Below are positions 7,757-15,545 of a stretch of DNA of 25,057 nucleotides, in pieces. The DNA comes from Candidatus Nanohaloarchaea archaeon. Lineage in GTDB: Archaea; Nanohalarchaeota; Nanosalinia; Nanosalinales; Nanosalinaceae. The notes below the pieces were generated by a model. The model saw only the letters and a list, made by a program, of their open reading frames with translations. It was not told the origin of the DNA and ran no database searches. The stretch is from assembly GCA_046539225.1 (NCBI GenBank), contig JBKHHG010000006.1, positions 1-25,057 of the forward strand, given 5' to 3'. A program made the translations under genes and the position numbers. Numbering within the stretch: the stretch's first letter is position 1; each line of letters begins with the position of its first letter.

Positions 7757-8119
7757 TCAGTTCATGAGCTGGATCTCTCCTATTATGTATATTACTCCGA
7801 GTACGATAAGGAATGTGAAGCCTTTCCAGAAGGCATGGAGGATTTCTGCTGTTGGGATTGTGATAACCTCTATCATTAGTAAGAGGTCGATAGTGGACCA
7901 TGCAAGCAGGAGCATGATGCCGAAGAGGCCTACAAGTATGTTGAAGAGGGCTTTCTCTCCTGTGAATCGGTGGGCGAGGCCTCCGGTTAATGCGGTGGCG
8001 CCGTAGAGAAGCATCAGGAGTGTAAAGGTGTGTGTCAACGAGTTGATGTATGCGTATACTGCTGCTGATACAATGAGGATTGATGCGAGAAGCACGGGCA
8101 GGTCTTCTCCTTTCGCCAT
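7757..8119 (-). CDS. Hypothetical membrane protein (about 4 TM)
   Basis: 120-aa hydrophobic ORF with ATG start filling the interval; TTTAAA upstream. Confidence 0.7.
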   Translation of the reverse strand: MAKGEDLPVLLASILIVSAAVYAYINSLTHTFTLLMLLYGATALTGGLAHRFTGEKALFNILVGLFGIMLLLAWSTIDLLLMIEVITIPTAEILHAFWKGFTFLIVLGVIYIIGEIQLMN

Positions 8120-8217
8120 GAATAGAGTGAAGGATTTGAGGGTTTAAACTTTCCGGGGCTTCCGGATAAGGTATTTAAGTTTCTGAAGGCCTTTTTGTGT
8201 TATAGAGTGATAAAATA

Positions 8218-8502
8218 ATGTCTCAGAACATCCTCGACTTTTCAGATGTAACAGGGAAGGACGTCTTCACCGACAAAGGCTCGTACTGTGGGACAGTCAA
8301 AGACATAGAGTTAAACCTTGGAAAGTTCTCGGTCAGAGCCGTTGTTGTAGGCGCGGAGAAAGGATCTTACCTGGCTCAGAAGGTTGGAGGCAGCAAAAAC
8401 GTCGTCATCCCCTACAGGATGGTTCAGAGCATCGACGATATAATCATAATCAAGGACTTCCAGACCAGTCAGGTCGACGAGCAGGAAGAAGCAAAGGCCT
8501 GA
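8218..8502 (+). CDS. PRC-barrel domain protein, CdpB-like cell-division protein
   Basis: GKDVFTDKGSYCGTVKDIEL...VVIPYRMVQSIDDIIII matches stand-alone archaeal PRC-barrels. SD-like GAGTGA; TTTAAG box upstream. Confidence 0.82.
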   Translation: MSQNILDFSDVTGKDVFTDKGSYCGTVKDIELNLGKFSVRAVVVGAEKGSYLAQKVGGSKNVVIPYRMVQSIDDIIIIKDFQTSQVDEQEEAKA

Positions 8503-8524
8503 AAAAGGCCTACACGGTTTCTCT

Positions 8525-8830
8525 ATGATCGAGCTTCTGGTTTCCGTGGGGCGCAGCCTGGTAGAGGCCTCGTGGCACACCGCTGCTGTAACTGTAAAGT
8601 TCTACATCCTTTTTGCGTCAGCCAGGATATACTCGAAAGGATACTTTTCCAGAGATAAACTCGAGGATGCAAGGAAATACGTTCTTGAGGAGTCGAGGCT
8701 TGTACTCGCAACAATTTTCGGAATCGCTGCCCTGACACTAATCACAGGATTCGAGTTGAGGCCTCGGTTCGAGCTTTTAAGCGAGTTAACTGCTTTGATC
8801 TATCTGGGATACCTTTTCTACCATTTCTAA
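8525..8830 (+). CDS. Hypothetical membrane protein (about 3 TM)
   Basis: Hydrophobic 101-aa ORF; its stop overlaps the convergent gene by 4 nt. Confidence 0.65.
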   Translation: MIELLVSVGRSLVEASWHTAAVTVKFYILFASARIYSKGYFSRDKLEDARKYVLEESRLVLATIFGIAALTLITGFELRPRFELLSELTALIYLGYLFYHF

Positions 8831-9186
8831 CCCAGTTTTTGCTGTACTTTTCGATGCCAGGACTTTAGCGCGTCAGAGGTAACCTTTCGAACCTCCTCCA
8901 TCGGGAGAGCGGTGTAGACGTAGTATACCGTTCTGTCGGTCTTTCCCTCCCGCATCAGAAGGTCTTTGTCCAGCATCTCCTGTAAGGCCCGTTGAACCGT
9001 GGAACGGTTCCTGTCGACCTCGTCAGCCAGCTCCTGGACAGTCAGCTTTGAATCAGTTAAGGCCTGGAAAATACTTCTCTGGAGGTCGTTGAGGTTGAAA
9101 ACTTCGTAGACGATCTCCTCCTCGTCTTTGTCTTCAACCTCCAGGAACTCCATAACCTTTAGTTCTGATTCAACTTTAAATTTCAA
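8827..9186 (-). CDS. Predicted HTH transcriptional regulator (TrmB-like/COG3355 type)
   Basis: VFNLNDLQ..IF..L...LTVQELADEVDRNRSTVQRALQEM...YYVY. Start is TTG 9186 (overlapping the upstream stop) or ATG 9153. Confidence 0.8.
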   Translation of the reverse strand: MKFKVESELKVMEFLEVEDKDEEEIVYEVFNLNDLQRSIFQALTDSKLTVQELADEVDRNRSTVQRALQEMLDKDLLMREGKTDRTVYYVYTALPMEEVRKVTSDALKSWHRKVQQKLG

Positions 9187-9383
9187 CCGCCGGCGATAAC
9201 ATCGAAGACGTTGATCTCGTCGCCGTCCTCCAGAAATGCGGACTCCGCGATAATATCTCCGTGCCGGGAGACCAGGACTTCCTGCCTCTCAATCCCCTGA
9301 GACTTCAAAAACTCTGCGACAGTCAGGCCTTCCTCCACCTCAAACTCTTTCTCCCTTCTCTCCTCGAGATCATCCCGGATCAT
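9183..9383 (-). CDS. Ubiquitin-like small archaeal modifier / ThiS-MoaD family sulfur carrier (SAMP2-like)
   Basis: 66 aa, beta-grasp pattern TVAEFL...LEDGDEI, C-terminal VIAGG. Confidence 0.85.
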   Translation of the reverse strand: MIRDDLEERREKEFEVEEGLTVAEFLKSQGIERQEVLVSRHGDIIAESAFLEDGDEINVFDVIAGG

Positions 9384-9385
9384 CG

Positions 9386-9691
9386 TTATCTTGATCCCGG
9401 ATCACCTTTTTCCTTAACTCTACTCTCATATTTTTCCATTGCCTCTTCAAAAGCTTCCTCTATATCAACACCAAGGTCTTCTGCCAGCAGGAAAAGCGAA
9501 AAAAGAAGATCTCCAATCTCATCTTTCTTTACAGATGCGTTTTCAGGCCTCTCACCGTAATCAGCTGACTTGGTAATATCCTTGATTATCTCTCCTGCCT
9601 CTGATATGAAATCAAGGGCTCTAAATTCGGTAGGTGCATTGAGACCATTTTCTTCAGCGAATTCAACAGCTTCTTTTTGAAATTCTTTCAT
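9386..9691 (-). CDS. MazG-like nucleotide pyrophosphohydrolase
   Basis: SEAGE...KDEIGDLLFSL...DIEEAF...MEKY..R, the all-alpha NTP-PPase motif. Confidence 0.85.
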   Translation of the reverse strand: MKEFQKEAVEFAEENGLNAPTEFRALDFISEAGEIIKDITKSADYGERPENASVKKDEIGDLLFSLFLLAEDLGVDIEEAFEEAMEKYESRVKEKGDPGSR

Positions 9692-9693
9692 TT

Positions 9694-10545
9694 TTACACC
9701 TCTATAACGCCTTTTCTCGCCGCATGAAAAAGGTATTCCTGGGCGTAACCCGAGTAAGGCCCGAAGTAATGCCTGAGGTTTTTCGAGGCCTCTTCATAGC
9801 TCCCGGAGTAAAGATCGGGGTAATCCTTCTCCACCACTTTCAAGGCCCATGTATCCAGGGGATAGGCCTCGTAAAAGCCGAGAGAGAACAGAAGCACGCA
9901 GTCCGCTACTTTATCGCCTACACCGTACAGCTTCTTCAGATCTTCTCTTGCAGCCTCGTAATCATCTGAAACTGCAAGGCCTTCACCCTGCAAGATCTCG
10001 ACAGTCTTTACAACGTATTCTGCCCTGTAACCCAGGCCTAAATCTCTCAACTCTTTTTCCGAGGCCTTTGAAAGCTGTTGAAGCGTTGGAAACTTCAAGA
10101 GTTTTTCGCCTCCGTACTCCACCGTTTCTCCGTATCTTTCCGCGATGCTGTTATGCATCTCTTTAATCCGGGGGATTTTCATCTGCGGGGAGCAGAGATA
10201 GGAGATCAGGGTCGGGAAAAACTCGTCCTGGACGATTCTCAGGCCTTCCAGCTCGTTTAAAGCGTGTTGAAGTTTCTGGTCTTCCGGGAACGTCGAGAAA
10301 ATATTTTCTAAATCGTTGTCAAGGCCTAAGGCCTTTTTCACTTCTTTTTCCGGGAGCGGTGTCTCCGCGCGGATAATCTCGCCTCTCTGCTCGACGATCA
10401 TCGGTTCTTCCTTCCTGAAGCTGTAGAATCTGGAGCTGCCGTCTCCGTAGAGTTCTCCTTCTGTCCTGTTCCAGCAGAATGTCTGGCCGCAGGTTAGAGT
10501 TAATTCGAGGTCAAAGTCTTCGGCGGGGATTTGGTGTGTCTTCAT
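9694..10545 (-). CDS. ogg1: 8-oxoguanine DNA glycosylase/AP lyase, OGG1 type
   Basis: OGG_N motif TLTCGQTFCW, GLRIVQD, GLGYRA, HhH LYGVGDKVADC with the catalytic Lys, PLDT Asp, GYAQEYLF. Confidence 0.9.
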   Translation of the reverse strand: MKTHQIPAEDFDLELTLTCGQTFCWNRTEGELYGDGSSRFYSFRKEEPMIVEQRGEIIRAETPLPEKEVKKALGLDNDLENIFSTFPEDQKLQHALNELEGLRIVQDEFFPTLISYLCSPQMKIPRIKEMHNSIAERYGETVEYGGEKLLKFPTLQQLSKASEKELRDLGLGYRAEYVVKTVEILQGEGLAVSDDYEAAREDLKKLYGVGDKVADCVLLFSLGFYEAYPLDTWALKVVEKDYPDLYSGSYEEASKNLRHYFGPYSGYAQEYLFHAARKGVIEV

Positions 10546-10562
10546 GGAAATGTTTTGGGATG

Positions 10563-10748
10563 CTAATCTTTTTCTGAGTCGCTCTTCCTGTATTTGAAGA
10601 ATCCTTTTCCTTTGTCTTCATCCGGCTTCTTCGAGGCCTCGTACTTCTTCCGTTTTTTGTAGCTGTGGCCGCATCTGTGGCATTTTATTCTTTTTTCGGC
10701 TTTGCTTCTCTGTTTGTGGCCGCAGTTCGGGCACTGGAAGTATGTCAT
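10563..10748 (-). CDS. Small basic Zn-finger protein (CPxCG-related)
   Basis: CPNCG...CHRCG in a 61-aa Lys-rich ORF lying in line with its neighbours. Confidence 0.7.
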   Translation of the reverse strand: MTYFQCPNCGHKQRSKAEKRIKCHRCGHSYKKRKKYEASKKPDEDKGKGFFKYRKSDSEKD

Positions 10749-10785
10749 ATCTCTGTGTTGGTGGAGAGAATTTTTCAGGTTTGTG

Positions 10786-11883
10786 TCAGAGGCCTGTGTA
10801 GGTGAAGACTGCTGTGACTGCTGCGGCCCATGCCGCGACCATGAGAACCAGTGTGTATGTGACCTGTTTCTCGGTCAGGCCTCTCCGCATCAACGGATGT
10901 GTCAGGGAGTAGTTTTTGCTGTGTTTAGGCCTGAGGCTTCCATCTTCCTGGAGGAGTCCCCAGGAGTCGGCGTTGAACCCTGATCTTGCTTTCAGGACAA
11001 ATTCAAGCATCCACGGCATGAAGAGAAAGACTGCGAACGTTTCCATGTCGCCGATGACTATGGCTGTGAACAGGGCTGCTCCGCTCATGTAGGTCAGGGA
11101 GTCACCAGGGAGTATTGATGCCGGATAGCGGTTGTAGATTAGGAATGCTGCGAGGGCTGAACCCAGCGAAAAACTTATGGTCGAGGCCTCCATCATCCCG
11201 TTTAGATGGGCGAATGTTCCAAGCGTTAGCGCCGCGACGAGGGAGAGGCCTGCTTCAAGGCCGTTGGTTCCCGCGAGTATGTTGATGGCGTTCGCCACAA
11301 AGATGAGGCCTACCGGTAGAAGAATCAATGGGTAGATCAGGCCCCAGTTGACCGTTCCGATGACCGGGAGCTTCATCACCCATGATCCTGCGCCTACAGC
11401 AATCAGAGGCAGAGCTGCGGGTAAAACCATCAAGGCCTTTGTAAACTGTGAGAGGCCTCTGACCTCTTCATCTTCGTGGTCCTCTCCGAAGAACATCAGT
11501 GCTTTCTGGTGAAGCAAGGTTTTCCCGGTCTTTATCTCGAGGTCGAAGTCCGAGTCTGTCTGCTCCTGGATGATATCCCTGAAGTCAACGTGTATATCGT
11601 CGATAAGGCCTATCAGGGCTATGATTGTTGTGGATGAGAGGGCGGCGAGCAAAAGGTTTTCCTGGATTTCCAGGCCTGTTATTGAGGATGCGCCCATGTA
11701 GAATGTCAGGGAGAAGATGAAACCCATTAAGACCACGAGGCCTCCTGATGTAGGTATTCGAGGCCTTCCTTTTTTCTGCTGGTCCCTGCTGTATATTCCT
11801 GATGCGGCCAGGTATTTCTCTGCGACAGGTGTTCCGAGCAGTACCGCAACGAATCCTATAAGGAGTGAGGCCTCAAGTATCAT
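10786..11883 (-). CDS. aglH: UDP-GlcNAc:dolichol-phosphate GlcNAc-1-P transferase (AglH/GPT, glycosyltransferase family 4)
   Basis: D..K....IPTSGG, GLIDD, NAINILAGTNGLE, YNRYPASILPGDS. The ATG at 11883 overlaps the aglB stop (ATGA). Confidence 0.85.
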   Translation of the reverse strand: MILEASLLIGFVAVLLGTPVAEKYLAASGIYSRDQQKKGRPRIPTSGGLVVLMGFIFSLTFYMGASSITGLEIQENLLLAALSSTTIIALIGLIDDIHVDFRDIIQEQTDSDFDLEIKTGKTLLHQKALMFFGEDHEDEEVRGLSQFTKALMVLPAALPLIAVGAGSWVMKLPVIGTVNWGLIYPLILLPVGLIFVANAINILAGTNGLEAGLSLVAALTLGTFAHLNGMMEASTISFSLGSALAAFLIYNRYPASILPGDSLTYMSGAALFTAIVIGDMETFAVFLFMPWMLEFVLKARSGFNADSWGLLQEDGSLRPKHSKNYSLTHPLMRRGLTEKQVTYTLVLMVAAWAAAVTAVFTYTGL

Positions 11884-14519
11884 TCTACTTCCCACATCTT
11901 GACATAGTCGTTGGATGCGTCTTCGACTTTTTCGGCGTACGGTATGCCGTGGCCATCCATCAAGTAGAGCCTGTTAAGCGTGTGGTCGACGATGTTCTCC
12001 GGTACGAGAACGATCTTTGACTGTACCCCGCTTGAGCCTCTCTCAAGGCTGTAGTAAGGATCCTCCGCTATGCAGTAATCCGTTCTCTCATCTCCAAACG
12101 TTTTGACTCCTTGATCGGTCAGGACACAGTTGACCTCTTCTTCTCCACCGCTGTAGTACCTTATAGTGGCGGATTCCGAGATCTCGATCGAAGAGTTGGA
12201 CCGCTCAAAAGGCACGTATATTTCAGCATACTGGTTTCTCGAGGTTGTCGGGTCGTTAGGCTCCTGATCGATTATAGCGGGGGCGTTCCCGGAAGATCCC
12301 TGGGTGAAAGCCGCGACCGTCCTGTTCCCTCTCTCCGATACCGAGTTCTGTAGCGTGCCCTGTGTCGAGGCCTGATACATCGAGTAATAGTTTTCGTTGT
12401 CTCCTCTTGCGATCTGGTTGACCGCCTGATACTTTCCGATCATTGTGTTATCAAGCACGATATAGTCCACTGAATGTTTTTCAAGGAACTCGTCGTGCTC
12501 TGAGTTGTTCGTGGATGTGAAGTAGTCAGCGAGAGGATAGTTCACAGGCCCGGAATCCGAGTAGTAGTCGAAGTTTCCACCGTCTGCAACGGTCGCCGTT
12601 CTTCCCAGGGTCTGGAAATGGTAGCCGTAGTCCCACCATGACATCACCGTAGAGCCGTTAGGAACTTCCTCGTTCAGATAGTCAAGGTTCTGCGTCCAGG
12701 CCTGGTCAGGCGATCCCGAGATGCTCTGGGACGCCGCAAACCCTGCAACCATGCTGACGGAGAACGCCACCGCCACAGCCAGGATCAGGCCTGCGTTTCT
12801 CAGGGCCGAAGCGTTAAGCTCCAGCGAGGAAAGATCCAGGCCTTTAATTCGATGTATAACTGTTGAAAACGTATAACCTGCTCCAAGAGCTACAGGGAAA
12901 GCCGCAAGATAAATCAACCGGCTTCTGGCGGTAGCTCCGAGAAGGTTGGAGCCTATCCAGAACAGTGGCACAACCTTGTACCATTCAATCTGTATATCCG
13001 AAGGTTTGAAGTCTTCAAGGTACTGTAACACTCCGAAGGCCGCGGCAGCTATCCAGACCGGGTAGGCTATTCCTTTCAACAGTGAAGAGGTCGACTGGCT
13101 CCCAAAGGCGTACATTGTAAGTATTATTGAAGTGAAGAGCAGGGTTAAAGCTGAAAGCGTGAAAGAAGAGTCTTCATCAAGGTAGTAGACCATCAGGAAC
13201 GCCACAGCTGAAATCAAAAGCGTTGCGGCGAGGCCTAACATCCTTGCTCCGGAGAAGAACAGTGTAAATCCTGCCGCCCACGCCACAATGGTTCCTCCAA
13301 GCATCGAGTAGTTTTCCTTGCCTGTAAGGCCTTCCATCAAACCGTATCTCTTTGAAAGCATCATTAAAACCCCGTAAAGCATTAACGGGACGGACAGGAA
13401 GGCCAATGTCCATGTTCCCATTATTGAGGTTATCACGGCAGCGCCAGGGAACACCTGGTCGACTGCGCCCGGGCCGAGCTGTGTAACCATTTCGGGGAGC
13501 CGGGAGGCAGCGTTTTCCGCGACAGTACCTCCTATAACTGATCCACCTGTCTGGGTTGCCTTGCTGTAGAACCCGAACATTATATCCGCGAGCGTCTGGG
13601 AGTAAAGCGGCGACAACGCCATCATCAACGCCCCTACAGAGTACACAGAGGGTACAACGTACGGGAGTCTCGAATCCTGGACTATTTCAAGCTCTTCCAC
13701 AAGGTAACGCATCCAGAGCAACGACAGGAACCCGAAAGATGCGAGGAACAGTGTATCTGTAAACCACATTCTCGCTGGGTTGAATGTGGCTGCGAACGAT
13801 CCCGCTACTACCACAACAGGGGTGTAGGCCGATACAAGTTTCTCGATGTCCTGATCGATCAAAAGCATGAATCCTATTATCAACGGGTACAGAAGCCAGA
13901 GCATCTGCGAGCCTCCCCAGCTGATGGTAAACAGTCCGAGCGCGAGGCCTGAACCGATTCCGTAGAGCCAGCTGTTGCGTTTCCAGGCCATGACAAAGAA
14001 CAGTATAGAGTAGACCATGAACATTGTACCGATAGCCTCTTTCTCGAAGAAGCCTGCGGATGAACGGTAGAGAACCCCGGGAATAACCGCGAGGAAGAAA
14101 GCCGCCGCCAAACCAGTATACCTGTCGTAGATCTCTTTACCCAGGAAGTACATTCCAACGGATGCCAGGCCTGCGAAGGTCGGCGCCACAAAGTATGCGA
14201 AATCAAGATACCTGTCAAAGAAAAGGAAGCCTCCGTAACGGTAGACCATCGCCGGTATAGCAAGATTGCCTAAATGAGTCATGAAAGACGGTGTTGCATA
14301 CGGGAACCAACGCATAAAGTCCAGAGCAGGCCTTGACCCTTCATAGGCCATCTGCTGGGACATCCTGAAAAGGTTGTAGGGATCCAGGGCCTGAAGGTGC
14401 TGTATGTTTCTCACAGGATAGTATCTGATCCCGACAGCGATCAAAAAGACTGCGATCACCGGGAAAACATACCTGTACTGGAAGGCCTTTTCCCTGAGTT
14501 TCTCAACATTCAGATCCAT
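11880..14519 (-). CDS. aglB: Oligosaccharyltransferase AglB (STT3 family)
   Basis: ALDPY, GFFEKE, TVAE (TIXE) motif, WWDYG, ADGGN, DNTMIGK; multi-TM N-terminal part. Confidence 0.95.
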   Translation of the reverse strand: MDLNVEKLREKAFQYRYVFPVIAVFLIAVGIRYYPVRNIQHLQALDPYNLFRMSQQMAYEGSRPALDFMRWFPYATPSFMTHLGNLAIPAMVYRYGGFLFFDRYLDFAYFVAPTFAGLASVGMYFLGKEIYDRYTGLAAAFFLAVIPGVLYRSSAGFFEKEAIGTMFMVYSILFFVMAWKRNSWLYGIGSGLALGLFTISWGGSQMLWLLYPLIIGFMLLIDQDIEKLVSAYTPVVVVAGSFAATFNPARMWFTDTLFLASFGFLSLLWMRYLVEELEIVQDSRLPYVVPSVYSVGALMMALSPLYSQTLADIMFGFYSKATQTGGSVIGGTVAENAASRLPEMVTQLGPGAVDQVFPGAAVITSIMGTWTLAFLSVPLMLYGVLMMLSKRYGLMEGLTGKENYSMLGGTIVAWAAGFTLFFSGARMLGLAATLLISAVAFLMVYYLDEDSSFTLSALTLLFTSIILTMYAFGSQSTSSLLKGIAYPVWIAAAAFGVLQYLEDFKPSDIQIEWYKVVPLFWIGSNLLGATARSRLIYLAAFPVALGAGYTFSTVIHRIKGLDLSSLELNASALRNAGLILAVAVAFSVSMVAGFAASQSISGSPDQAWTQNLDYLNEEVPNGSTVMSWWDYGYHFQTLGRTATVADGGNFDYYSDSGPVNYPLADYFTSTNNSEHDEFLEKHSVDYIVLDNTMIGKYQAVNQIARGDNENYYSMYQASTQGTLQNSVSERGNRTVAAFTQGSSGNAPAIIDQEPNDPTTSRNQYAEIYVPFERSNSSIEISESATIRYYSGGEEEVNCVLTDQGVKTFGDERTDYCIAEDPYYSLERGSSGVQSKIVLVPENIVDHTLNRLYLMDGHGIPYAEKVEDASNDYVKMWEVE

Positions 14520-14603
14520 TATATCTTTGAATACGGCGACATGTTTTTTATGAGCTTTCCGATGAGACCAAGTTTAAAAGGATTCTATCTCAGAGAGTAA
14601 AAT
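14520..14603. promoter_or_regulatory. Divergent promoter region aglB / secF
   Basis: TTTAAA at 14573-14578, about 26 nt before the secF GTG; ATAAAAAA on the - strand about 28 nt before the aglB ATG. Confidence 0.5.
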
Positions 14604-15545
14604 GTGGAGTTCGCCGACAAGATCGATGCAAGGCTCAGCAGCCGCTTCGGAGACGTGCTTGACAACTCCGAGAAATACTTTGTGATTCCTCTACTGCTGA
14701 TAGCTCTATCTCTCGGAATACTTTTCTACAACTACTACAGCACCGGAGAGTTTCTCGATAAAGGCACGGACTTCGCAGGAGGAACAGAGATCACGTTCGA
14801 GGTCCAGGGAGAGTTCAACGCCAACGAGATAGAAGCCTTGTTCGATAGCAACGGCAGGTCCAGTGTAAACGCTATGAAACAGAGCACAGGCGAAAGAGAA
14901 CTCCTCCTGGTTGAAATTCCGCCGCCGGAGATGGATAGAGACGAGGCCTTGCGGATAATGCAGGATGAAGGAGGCTACAACGTTTCAATCGACGGCTTCA
15001 GCTCTATCTCTGCATCGGTATCAGGAACATTCTTCAGACAGGCAGAGTTCGCGTTTATCCTCGCGTTCACAACGATGAGCATAGTCATTTTCTACGCCTT
15101 CAAGGATTTCATACCTTCTCTGGCAGTGGTGTTCGCCGCAGCCGGCGATATTATAGTCGCGGCAGGCGGCATGGCTTTGTTTGGAATACCTTTGACGCTT
15201 GGTTCGCTCGCAGCCCTTCTGATGCTTGTAGGTTACTCGGTCGACACAGATATCGTGCTTTCAACCCGGACACTTAAGATGAGCCGCGGCTCTCTGAATT
15301 CAAGGATGTGGAGCGCGTTGAAGACCGGGGTTACGATGAGCTCTGGAGGCATAGCAGGATTTACGCTGCTCTACATCGTCTCTTACTCTATTGTAGGGCC
15401 TTCATCGCTTTCAAACATTGCATCGGTCATGGTGATAGGCCTTGTGGCGGATATACCGCTTACATGGTTTGGAAACACAGCGATACTAAAAAAATACATT
15501 GAAGGAGACTTTGAGAACTTCAGCCAGGTGGTTCCATGGATATAG
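14604..15545 (+). CDS. secF: Protein translocase subunit SecF
   Basis: GTDFAGGT, AALLMLVGYSVDTDIVL, TGVTMS, TWFGN; upstream of secD as usual in archaea. Confidence 0.93.
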   Translation: MEFADKIDARLSSRFGDVLDNSEKYFVIPLLLIALSLGILFYNYYSTGEFLDKGTDFAGGTEITFEVQGEFNANEIEALFDSNGRSSVNAMKQSTGERELLLVEIPPPEMDRDEALRIMQDEGGYNVSIDGFSSISASVSGTFFRQAEFAFILAFTTMSIVIFYAFKDFIPSLAVVFAAAGDIIVAAGGMALFGIPLTLGSLAALLMLVGYSVDTDIVLSTRTLKMSRGSLNSRMWSALKTGVTMSSGGIAGFTLLYIVSYSIVGPSSLSNIASVMVIGLVADIPLTWFGNTAILKKYIEGDFENFSQVVPWI

